Shown: positions 8,481 to 15,943 of the stretch, piece by piece
Layout: the number at the start of each line of letters is the position of its first letter
Numbering within the stretch: the stretch's first letter is position 1
Assembly (NCBI GenBank): GCA_964014485.1
Contig: CAXHAT010000116.1
Location: forward strand, 1-25,460
DNA length: 25,460 nt
Origin: an uncultured Deferribacteres bacterium
Lineage (GTDB): Bacteria; Zhuqueibacterota; Zhuqueibacteria; Zhuqueibacterales; Geothermadaptataceae
Reading direction: 5' to 3'
The notes under the pieces: model-generated
The model's input: only the letters and a program-made list of their open reading frames with translations
Told to the model about the DNA's origin: nothing
The model's database searches: none
Program-made: the position numbers and the translations under genes

Positions 8481-9757
8481 TTTTCTCTCCAATCTTTTGC
8501 GATTCTTCGAACAAGTGCATGAATTTTATTCCCCGGATAGATCGAGCCGTGCCGATAATTTGAAACAACCATCAAGGCCACGTTGCTCTCGCGCTGAAAT
8601 TCGACGTATGCTGAAACGCCGGTCTTGCCGCCCGCATGGCCGTACCAACCGCCGACGGTGCAGCTCCAAATCAGGCACAGACCGCTCGCCGGATTCTGGA
8701 TTTCCAAAATCCGTTGAACCGTGCTTTCTTGCAAAATCCTGGCGTTTTTATAGCGCCCGCCGTTCATGTAAGCCATGATGAAACGGGCGAATTCGGCGGG
8801 TCGGCTTTTCAGATCGCCGGCGGGATAACCGCCATAGCGATAAAACCCAATCGCGTGCGTCGGGGAGTCGTAGGGAACGGCGGCGGCGTTCATGTCCAAA
8901 TCAGCGTAATTATGGCTGGTGTTGAACATTTCAAGCGGCTCGAAAATGCGCTGTTTGCAGTATTCATTGTAGTCGATTCCGCTCACCATCTCTACCACAT
9001 ACGCCAGAATCGAAGCGCCGATATTCGAATACCATTCACGCTCGCCGGGGCGGCTGTTTTTCCAAACCGTCGAAACGTAGTTCTCGCCTTGCGGCAAAAT
9101 GAGTTGCGGCAGCCACTCGCCCAACGGCGGGGCGGCGTCGAGGGGAAAATGGTCGTAATATCCCGGGATGACGGAATCATTCGTGGGCCAGGCCAGACCG
9201 GAAGTATGCGTGAGAAGATGGAACGGCGTGATTTTCAGTTCCGGGAAACTCGGGTTGCGCACCTCGAACGGCAGGTAATCGTTGACGTCCGCGTCCAGAT
9301 CGATCAAGCCTTGCTCTTGCAATTGCATGACCGCCGTGACGATCACAAGCTTGGAAATTGAGGCGAGTCCGTAAGTGGTTTGATTGTCGGCGGCTCTTTG
9401 CGCGGCCAAGTCCGCGTAGCCGATGTAGTTTTGCCAAACGATGGAATCGCCTTTAACAACCCAGGCCGCCAACGAGGGAATTTGATTGTCATTGACTTCT
9501 TTGACAAGTTCACTTTCAAGATCGGCATACTCTTCGACTTCCGGTTCGAAGGGCGATGAACATGACGTAAAAAAGTGAAGAGACAGGCCGATCAGAACAG
9601 TAGTTAAACACTTGTTGAGAATTATCGCCAATTTTTTGGCGATAATTTGGAGTCTTGGAGAATTGGAATGATGGAACACGGAATTCCTCCCTTCTCCATC
9701 CTCCGTTCCTCCTGCAAAACGAGCGAAGCCTCGTTTTGCCCGTTGAAACTTTTTCAT
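8477..9757 (-). CDS. Serine hydrolase lipoprotein, beta-lactamase class C / AmpC-like family
   Basis: LASISK (SxxK), HLLTHTSGL, WYSN (YxN), HAGG; lipobox FTSC; AGGAG RBS before ATG 9757. Confidence 0.9.
   Translation of the reverse strand: MKKFQRAKRGFARFAGGTEDGEGRNSVFHHSNSPRLQIIAKKLAIILNKCLTTVLIGLSLHFFTSCSSPFEPEVEEYADLESELVKEVNDNQIPSLAAWVVKGDSIVWQNYIGYADLAAQRAADNQTTYGLASISKLVIVTAVMQLQEQGLIDLDADVNDYLPFEVRNPSFPELKITPFHLLTHTSGLAWPTNDSVIPGYYDHFPLDAAPPLGEWLPQLILPQGENYVSTVWKNSRPGEREWYSNIGASILAYVVEMVSGIDYNEYCKQRIFEPLEMFNTSHNYADLDMNAAAVPYDSPTHAIGFYRYGGYPAGDLKSRPAEFARFIMAYMNGGRYKNARILQESTVQRILEIQNPASGLCLIWSCTVGGWYGHAGGKTGVSAYVEFQRESNVALMVVSNYRHGSIYPGNKIHALVRRIAKDWREK
9621..9739. repeat. Composite palindromic / octamer repeat within the 5' end of the serine hydrolase ORF
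   Basis: ATTATCGCCAA/TTGGCGATAAT 9621-9646; TTGGAGTC TTGGAGAA TTGGAATG ATGGAACA followed by complementary CTCC-containing units; GCAAAACGAG/CTCGTTTTGC 9714-9739. Confidence 0.7.
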
Positions 9758-9791
9758 CTCAATCGCTCCTGTTCTATGGCGCTTCAGGCGT

Positions 9792-10499
9792 TCAGAACCT
9801 GAAGCCGGTCATTAGCGTGAAGGCAAGCACGGTCACTTTGCCGGCGTCTTCAAATATCTCCGTAAATTCTTCGGGTTGCTCCATGGTATTCGCCAGCCCG
9901 AAATTCAATCGCATTTCAAGCATCATCGGGCGCCACGCGGAAAATTCGGAATTGATTGCGAACACAAGGCCGTAATCAAAATTTTTGACGCACGAGAGAT
10001 TCTTGGTCTCCTTTTCTCCCCAAATATCGAGCGTCCGGTCCGCGTCCAACTTGAAGGCCGCGTATGGGCCCAAAAGCAGACCGGGCTTGAACGGCAGCTT
10101 CAGCGGGATTTCGTACTTGAACAACACGGGGATTTCGATGAAGTCCGCGCTCAATTTGTAGGACGTGTTGTAAAGTTCGGTTTGGTAGAAATAGACGCCT
10201 CGCTGTGAATAAAACAGTTCCGGCTGCACCGCGAAATGCTTCGAGAGCCGCCGCGTGTAAGATACGCCGAATTGCAGCCCAAAAGAAGGCGCCGCCGTAT
10301 CGTCGTGCTGAAGCCAGTCGACTTCGTAGCCCAAAAACGGGCGGTAATCATGCCCTGAAAACGGACTCAAATCCTGCCAGGGCTGAAACCCCGACAGCGC
10401 CGCTCCTCCCTTCACGGCAATTTGTCCTTGAACTTTTTTGGGCGACATGAAAATGAGCAGCAGGAGTCCCAAAAGAATGATGAGTATTTTAATTTTCAT
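9792..10499 (-). CDS. PorT-family outer-membrane beta-barrel protein
   Basis: Signal peptide; VKGG, VQPELFYSQRG, FIEIPVLFKY, GPY, FDYGL; C-terminal GFRF. GGAGG RBS. Confidence 0.9.
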   Translation of the reverse strand: MKIKILIILLGLLLLIFMSPKKVQGQIAVKGGAALSGFQPWQDLSPFSGHDYRPFLGYEVDWLQHDDTAAPSFGLQFGVSYTRRLSKHFAVQPELFYSQRGVYFYQTELYNTSYKLSADFIEIPVLFKYEIPLKLPFKPGLLLGPYAAFKLDADRTLDIWGEKETKNLSCVKNFDYGLVFAINSEFSAWRPMMLEMRLNFGLANTMEQPEEFTEIFEDAGKVTVLAFTLMTGFRF

Positions 10500-10589
10500 C
10501 GTTCGCCTCCAGATTTATTTTTGCGTCGCGGAAACTGATTTTTCCCAACCTTAGCACGCGCGATGAAGAGTTTGTGGATAACTTGCCTT

Positions 10590-10797
10590 GTCCCGGAGGG
10601 ACACTCGAAAATAGCCAGCCAATTGATTGGCTGGACTGAATTTACGCCTGATGTTCTCCAAAGTCCCGTCAGGGACGATTGAAGTTTGGCGTCGTGTAAA
10701 AATCTCAATCGTCCCTGACAGGACTCAACTCAAAAAATGCGCGATGTATCCCCCGCCAGTGAACTGGCGGGCTACCCTCAACCGTCCCTCCGGAACT
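10590..10797. repeat. REP/PATE-like symmetric multi-hairpin element (GTCCC...GGGAC type)
   Basis: GTCCCGGAGGGAC; CCAGCCAATTGATTGGCTGG; AGTCCCGTCAGGGACGATTGA / TCAATCGTCCCTGACAGGACT; CCCGCCAGTGAACTGGCGGG; GTCCCTCCGGAAC. Confidence 0.8.
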
Positions 10798-10813
10798 GAT
10801 TTGAGTTATTCAC

Positions 10814-11047
10814 CTGATGTTACGCGGCTAACCAATGATATGACATTTGACTAAAAGCTTTGCTCTACGCGTCATTCCTGCGGAGGCAGGAATCCAGAAA
10901 ATGGTGCGCCGCCCCTGGATTCCTGCCTCCGCAGGAATGACCTTGAAAAACGTTTTGGGAGTCAAATAGCTTTATTTCCAATTGCAATATTCGACTCGGA
11001 CGGAAACCAATCTACAGCATCCATTATTGGCAAGCGCGTAACATCAG
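10814..11047. mobile_element. CTGATGTTACGC-TIR MITE, copy A
   Basis: Perfect 13-bp TIRs; 8-bp direct repeat TTATTCAC at 10806-10813 and 11048-11055; internal perfect 27-bp inverted pair GTCATTCCTGCGGAGGCAGGAATCCAG spanning 10871-10941. Confidence 0.85.
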
Positions 11048-11078
11048 TTATTCACATTGTCTTTATTGCGCGTCCGAC

Positions 11079-12377
11079 TCACCGAAACGCCAAACCAAGA
11101 ATGATGATCGGCGACGAATCCAAAGCATATCCGTCGATGAAGCCGGAAGATTTGTAGCCCAACTCAACGACAGCGGCGACCGTGTTCCGCGAATTGGTAA
11201 AATCATAATAGCCTCGCAGTGAAAAAGCGCCGCCGAAGTCATTGTTTTCCGATGTGTTTACATCCCCGGTCATTTCGAGAGCGGGCTGCCGCCAAACGTG
11301 AAAATTCATGTCCAGAGCGAGCCGTTTTTTCGCGTAAAAATTCTGAACCAGAAAACCGGCGCCGCCCCAGTTTGAATGAAATTTTTCATCGCCGATGCGC
11401 AAATCCACCAGGGATATTTTGTTTTTGAAACGCAAGTAATTCTCAAGATGATATTCCGTGCCGAACGGCGTTAAACCCAGACGAAAGCTTGGCAGATAGC
11501 CGACTCCGGCAATATTTATCATCGGGAGCTTCCCAGAGACTTCGCCTTCCCAGAGATAGGTTTTGAGCGCCGTGAAAATGGAATAGAACAAAAACGGATT
11601 GGCGATATTGATTCTGTTTCGCGCCTTCAAGCCTTCAACGTCCATCAACAAATCATCCAAATCCGAGTGTCCGGCGCAGCGATTGATTATTCTGACGTAC
11701 GCTTCCGCATCGTCATCGTCCTGAACGGCGGCAAGGTCTTTCTCCGCCGATCCAACATAGGTGTAGCCGGATTGCCACGACCAAAAGTAGACCAATGCTT
11801 CACGGTAATGCATCTCTTGCTCCGCCAGCCACCGCAGGCTGATCTTCCGATTGAGCGCGGGCTGTACTTCAAGGCCGCCAGACCAAATCGCGAGCAATTC
11901 GTGATCTGTGATCGGCTCCGTGATGCTCGTGCTGGCGTGCCCGCCGCCGGCGCCATAAGGCGGAGGCAAATCATAACCATAATCAATGTTGCCAATGCCC
12001 AATTCGCGGTAGCGTGCGCCGTGGCCGAAGTACTCATGCGCGAAAATGACCGAGAAATAATCCACAGGCAAATCGAGCAGCGTCAGTTTTGCCAAACGCC
12101 CGGCCACGCCGCCGGTTTTGCTCAAAGCCGTTTTTTCAGAAGACCAGCGCACGCCGAGTTGCCGGTCTTCAAATCGCGTCAGCCAATGATGCGCGCTGAG
12201 AATATTTTCGGCGCCGGTTCGCATCGACAGATCGAGATCAAAAATGAAGGGCGTGAAAGCGGGCGCCGGGGTGCGAAACTCAGGCTGAGGCTTCAAAGCC
12301 TGCGCATTGTTTTTCTCAACGGCGAGTCCCGCCGCGGGAAGCAGCAGAAGCGTTAAAACGAAAAACCGTATTTTCAT
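11079..12377 (-). CDS. Secreted / outer-membrane hypothetical protein with HEYFGH motif and C-terminal beta-strands
   Basis: Signal peptide MKIRFFVLTLLLLPAAGLA with GAGGTGG RBS; AHEYFGHG; amphipathic strands ending ILGLAFR. Confidence 0.75.
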   Translation of the reverse strand: MKIRFFVLTLLLLPAAGLAVEKNNAQALKPQPEFRTPAPAFTPFIFDLDLSMRTGAENILSAHHWLTRFEDRQLGVRWSSEKTALSKTGGVAGRLAKLTLLDLPVDYFSVIFAHEYFGHGARYRELGIGNIDYGYDLPPPYGAGGGHASTSITEPITDHELLAIWSGGLEVQPALNRKISLRWLAEQEMHYREALVYFWSWQSGYTYVGSAEKDLAAVQDDDDAEAYVRIINRCAGHSDLDDLLMDVEGLKARNRINIANPFLFYSIFTALKTYLWEGEVSGKLPMINIAGVGYLPSFRLGLTPFGTEYHLENYLRFKNKISLVDLRIGDEKFHSNWGGAGFLVQNFYAKKRLALDMNFHVWRQPALEMTGDVNTSENNDFGGAFSLRGYYDFTNSRNTVAAVVELGYKSSGFIDGYALDSSPIIILGLAFR

Positions 12378-12400
12378 ATTCCACCTCACAGTGTGGTCAA

Positions 12401-12560
12401 ATTGTGTTACGCTGCCGGCTTTGAAATACAAACCCGATTCCGAAAGTCATACCCGCGAAGGCGGGTGTCCAACTGTCGGCGCCATTTTATGGATACCCGC
12501 CTCCGCGCATACGCGGGTATGACATAGGGGGCGCGTTTAGGGCAAAGCGCGTAACATCAG
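12401..12560. mobile_element. CTGATGTTACGC-TIR MITE, copy B (degenerate left end)
   Basis: ATTGTGTTACGC ... GCGTAACATCAG followed by TTA; internal GTCATACCCGCG...CGCGGGTATGAC 12446-12523; no clear target duplication. Confidence 0.75.
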
Positions 12561-12874
12561 TTATAAAAATAGATCGCCACGATGATCACAAACAGTGTGC
12601 TGAAGATTTTGACGTTGTGCGCGGCGATCATTTCCGGCAGGAAAATGTCAAAATTCGCCGCACGGTTCGTCGTGTACTTCGCCGCCAGACTGGTGAGCGG
12701 GCACACCCATTTATTCGCGACCAGCACCGCGATTTCCGCAATGATCAGAAGAACCGCCGCGCGAAACAGGTTGTCGAAAGCCATGAACGTCACGCAGTAA
12801 AAAATGTAAAAAGTCGCGGCGGCCATGACGGCCCAGATCATCGTGTGCAGAGATTTGATCAGGTTGAGCATCAT
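12557..12874 (-). CDS. Small membrane protein (DUF2784-like CPLT motif)
   Basis: Three hydrophobic segments; IKSLHT.IW, NKWVCPLT.LA, NFDIFLP. Confidence 0.75.
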   Translation of the reverse strand: MMLNLIKSLHTMIWAVMAAATFYIFYCVTFMAFDNLFRAAVLLIIAEIAVLVANKWVCPLTSLAAKYTTNRAANFDIFLPEMIAAHNVKIFSTLFVIIVAIYFYN

Positions 12875-12902
12875 GCTCGATTCCGTTCAAAAGATGATCG
12901 TT

Positions 12903-13046
12903 TTATTTTCCCAGCGCTTTTTTGATGCGCTGGAGTTCAATCAGAGATTCTCTTTGTAATTCAATCAATTCGCCTAATTTTTGGTAGAGCGTGAACGCGC
13001 CCCCTGCTACCACAATGGCGATAACGATTGCTGCACCGACGCCCAT
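12903..13046 (-). CDS. 47-aa single-TM / coiled-coil small protein
   Basis: GGAGGA RBS just upstream of ATG; MGVGAAIVIAIVVAGGAFTLYQKLGELIELQRESLIELQRIKKALGK*. Below the ORF-track length cutoff. Confidence 0.7.
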   Translation of the reverse strand: MGVGAAIVIAIVVAGGAFTLYQKLGELIELQRESLIELQRIKKALGK

Positions 13047-13080
13047 TTTATCCTCCAATGCCGTCAAACGGCTTTAATAA

Positions 13081-13254
13081 TTGATGTTACGCGATAGCCG
13101 TGACGCCGTAGAAACTCTCGTCAAAGTCATTCCCGCGCAGGCGGGAATCCAGCCAATCGCGCACAGCCCCTGGATTCCCGCCTGCGTGGGAATGACGTAA
13201 TTGTGACGTTTCTCAGGCGCCATTGGGGAAATTTCCGAGAGTGCGTAACACGAG
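13081..13254. mobile_element. CTGATGTTACGC-TIR MITE, copy C
   Basis: TTGATGTTACGC ... GCGTAACACGAG; TTAATAA direct repeats at 13074-13080 and 13255-13261; internal GTCATTCCCGCG REP pair 13126-13196. Confidence 0.85.
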
Positions 13255-13261
13255 TTAATAA

Positions 13262-13503
13262 CTGACTTTACGCACACGTTGTTTGGCGCGTGCGATCAAA
13301 GCTCGCGGGCATTTTCTGATTCTCATTAGCTCCGCTCTTCAGAGCGGAGATTTTTGAAGACGGCTATCCCCTCTCTTCCACCGCAGCGGCGCGACGGAAG
13401 AGAAAAAAGTGGGCGTTTTGCACATCACCGGGCTGAAGCCCGGCGCTAATGAGACGAAATTTGCTCTAAGACTCAGCATATGCGTTGCCGCGTGTAACAT
13501 CAT
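13262..13503. mobile_element. CTGATGTTACGC-TIR MITE, copy D, with a different (GGGCTGAAGCCC-type) cargo
   Basis: CTGACTTTACGC ... GTGTAACATCAT; internal TCTCATTAGC-TCCGCTCTTCAGAGCGGA ... CCGGGCTGAAGCCCGG-CGCTAATGAGA 13321-13454. Confidence 0.65.
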
Positions 13504-13521
13504 TTGCTGCATCGAAAATCA

Positions 13522-13968
13522 TCAACGTTTCATAATGCCCGCCGCGATCCGATCCGCTTCCGCTTTTGTGAAATCACTGATAATCAACGCCCTGCCGTTA
13601 AGAATGGGCGCCTTGACAATCGGCGCCGAAATCAATTTGCCGTCCACCAAAATCGCGATATGCTTCTCGACATTTTCACTGGTCATCAACGCAAATTTGC
13701 CGCTTCCCTGATCGCTGAAGCGAATGTCAATCGCGAGGCTTCCTTGATGTTCGTTGACCTTGGCGGAAACGACATCAACATTGTCAATCGAAGCGTCTTG
13801 ATGGACGTAGAATTTTTCTCCCGTCGGCTCAAAAACCGTTTCGACCAACCCGGCGGCTGGTTCTGTTTCAGCCACGCGGAATTCAACCGTGACCGGTTCG
13901 ACCTGTGCGGCGTTTTTCACGCAAGAAAATGCAATAAACGGGAGTATGAGAAAAATCAACTTCTTCAT
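13522..13968 (-). CDS. Stand-alone SecD/SecF P1-head-subdomain lipoprotein
   Basis: Lipobox AFSC; VEFRVAE, I.F...G..KFA.MT.ENV.KHIAILVDGKLISAPIVKAPI..G.A.IS.FT..EA.RIA; AAGGAG RBS. Confidence 0.85.
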   Translation of the reverse strand: MKKLIFLILPFIAFSCVKNAAQVEPVTVEFRVAETEPAAGLVETVFEPTGEKFYVHQDASIDNVDVVSAKVNEHQGSLAIDIRFSDQGSGKFALMTSENVEKHIAILVDGKLISAPIVKAPILNGRALIISDFTKAEADRIAAGIMKR

Positions 13969-13995
13969 TTTTGTGCTCCTTAAACTTGGCGCGGG

Positions 13996-14430
13996 TTATT
14001 TCCTTTCTTTCAGAAAAGCCGCCAGGTTCGTGAGTTCGGTTACTGTCAAGAAGTCGTTGTAATTGCCCATGCCCGCGACGTCTTTTTTCTTTTCGTAATC
14101 ACGATTGGCGACTTGCTCGTGCCCTTTGATGATGGATTCAGCCAAATATTCCAGAGACAATTTGGTGTAGTCTAACGTCAAGTCAGGTCCGATTTCGCCG
14201 TAAGTTTCTGGCGCGTCAAATCCTGGAATATCAATGTTGTGGCAGGTATAGCATTGCAGCTCGATGAACTTTTCCTTTCCCGCCTGGCTGTTTCCTTCAG
14301 GCAGGGTGAATTTCCACTCCGGCTGCGCTTTGGGCACATTCGTCGCTCTCGTGTCCGTGGCGACGATCATCCAAAAAATCCACATGACTAACGCTCCGGC
14401 CAAAAACGGAATGATAATTTTGAATTTCAT
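13996..14430 (-). CDS. Membrane-anchored monoheme c-type cytochrome (SoxX-like)
   Basis: LPEGN...GKEKF..LQCYTCH, GPDLT, YLAESII, candidate distal Met in GMGNY; AAGGAG RBS 8 nt before ATG 14430. Confidence 0.85.
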   Translation of the reverse strand: MKFKIIIPFLAGALVMWIFWMIVATDTRATNVPKAQPEWKFTLPEGNSQAGKEKFIELQCYTCHNIDIPGFDAPETYGEIGPDLTLDYTKLSLEYLAESIIKGHEQVANRDYEKKKDVAGMGNYNDFLTVTELTNLAAFLKERK

Positions 14431-14462
14431 TGTCGGCACTCCTTTCTGAATTTTGCCGTTCC

Positions 14463-14882
14463 TTACAGTCCTTTGATCAACCGGCGCAATTCGCGCGCAT
14501 GTCCGGCTTCGTCCGCGGCCATTTCTTCGAGCTTGAGTTTCAGTTCGATGTATCCCAATTCTTCCGCCATTCTTGCGTGCTTCATATAATTTTCAACGTC
14601 GGCTTGCTCCATGACTAAATCCAGCTCAAGCATCGCTTTGAGATTTTCAGGTTTGTTGAACGGCTTCGGCGTAGTTGTTGGCTCGCCGCCCAGATCAACG
14701 ATAACGTCTGAGAGAAACGAAGCATGGCCAAGCTCATCCTGAATTTCACGGGCAAAAATTTCCCGCAATTCCGCTCCGAGGATTCCAAATGATCCGGCGG
14801 CCTGGCTGGTATATCGCATAATCGTGCCCCATTCGGCGGCAAGATCATCATTGAGTCCGCTAATTAATTCTTGTTTTGACAT
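14463..14882 (-). CDS. Ferritin-like (bacterioferritin-related) diiron protein
   Basis: LNDDLAAEW...Y, DELGH, LGGEP, DL.ME, DEAGH: two E..ExxH ferroxidase sets. AGGAGG RBS. Confidence 0.9.
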   Translation of the reverse strand: MSKQELISGLNDDLAAEWGTIMRYTSQAAGSFGILGAELREIFAREIQDELGHASFLSDVIVDLGGEPTTTPKPFNKPENLKAMLELDLVMEQADVENYMKHARMAEELGYIELKLKLEEMAADEAGHARELRRLIKGL

Positions 14883-15858
14883 TGCGCCCTCCTTTTTGCT
14901 CGTGGCGTTTTGAGTTGCCCGTGACTTCCAGCATTCGCTGCACAGCCTGGTAAGCGGGCAGTCGGATATTTTCAGATAACTTTATTTTATGGGTCATGGT
15001 CTGAAGCGAAGCCAAGACGTCGGTGAGGCGAATTCGCTTCATATCGCGGCAAACCATGGGTTTCGGCATTTTGAAAAAAGTCTTGTCCGGATTGGCTTTT
15101 TGCAGCGGATAAATGTGCCCTTCTTCCGTGCCAATAATGAATGACTGATGCGCGGATCGCTTGACGAATTTGAGCATTCCGGCGGTTCCCGCAACTACAT
15201 CCGCCAAGGCCAAAACTTCAGGACGGCATTCCGGATGTGCAAGCAAAAGAGCTTCCGGATGGGCGGCCTTTGCCGCACGAGCATCGTCCGCCGTCACTTG
15301 ATCATGAACCGGACAAGCGCCCTGCCAGGGATGTATTTTTTTACCGGTTTTCGAAGCTGTGTAAAGCGCAAGATTTCGATCCGGGCCCATCATAATTTCG
15401 TCTTCAGCCAGGCTCTCGACCACTTCTACCGAATTCGCCGACGTACAGCAAATCGTCGAAAGGGCTTTCACCGAAGCTGGCGAATTGACGTAAATGACAG
15501 TCGGCAAGTCGCCCAACTCAGCAAACTTGTTCTGCAATGCTTCCGGCGTAATCATGTCGGCCAAAGGGCATCCAGCATCTAAACGCGGCAGGAGCACGGT
15601 CTTGGCGGGAGAGAGAATCGCCGCCGTCTCAGCCATAAAAAGCACGCCGCAAAAGACAATCACTTCCGCGTCAGTCTTGGCTGCACGCATACTCAGCTCG
15701 AGCGAGTCGCCGGTGAAATCGGCAATATCCTGAATCTCCGGCAGTTGATAATTGTGCGCCAGCAGCACCGCTTTGCGCTCCTTTCGCAAAACTTCGATTT
15801 CGCGAAGGACGCTTTCGCGGTCATTCTCAGGGAAAGACTTTTCTGTTTTTGAGTTCAT
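14860..15858 (-). CDS. nadA: Quinolinate synthase A
   Basis: LAHNYQ, GDSLELS, FCGVLFMAETA, GCPLA, YVNS, CTSAN, CPVH, AHPEC, GTE, C.DM; three Fe-S cysteines present. Confidence 0.97.
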   Translation of the reverse strand: MNSKTEKSFPENDRESVLREIEVLRKERKAVLLAHNYQLPEIQDIADFTGDSLELSMRAAKTDAEVIVFCGVLFMAETAAILSPAKTVLLPRLDAGCPLADMITPEALQNKFAELGDLPTVIYVNSPASVKALSTICCTSANSVEVVESLAEDEIMMGPDRNLALYTASKTGKKIHPWQGACPVHDQVTADDARAAKAAHPEALLLAHPECRPEVLALADVVAGTAGMLKFVKRSAHQSFIIGTEEGHIYPLQKANPDKTFFKMPKPMVCRDMKRIRLTDVLASLQTMTHKIKLSENIRLPAYQAVQRMLEVTGNSKRHEQKGGRNVKTRIN

Positions 15859-15943
15859 TTTATAGTTTCCAAAGATCGTCGTTCGTTTTTTGACTTCACA
15901 AATGATGCGATCTCGCTGCCTTCACTGCCTCGGCCTGCGCACA

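Larger units (their letters stand above)
10568..11061. mobile_element. Outer MITE-like shell containing a GTCCC/GGGAC multi-hairpin repeat; right end disrupted by a second element
   Basis: GAGTTTGTGGATAACT 10568-10583 vs AGTTATTCACATTGTC 11046-11061; symmetric internal hairpins 10590-10797. Confidence 0.6.

Noticed and set aside
10573..11056. DnaA boxes TGTGGATAA (10573-81) and TTATTCACA (11048-56), suggesting oriC
   Set aside because: Only two or three matches, explained as the inverted ends of the outer element; no AT-rich unwinding region or dnaA context.
13074..13277. ORFs 13074-13277, 10496-10708, 10627-10854, 12307-12522 and 18313-18510
   Set aside because: They are translations of repeat elements (e.g. 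VIPTQAGIQ, WIPACAGMT), not genes.
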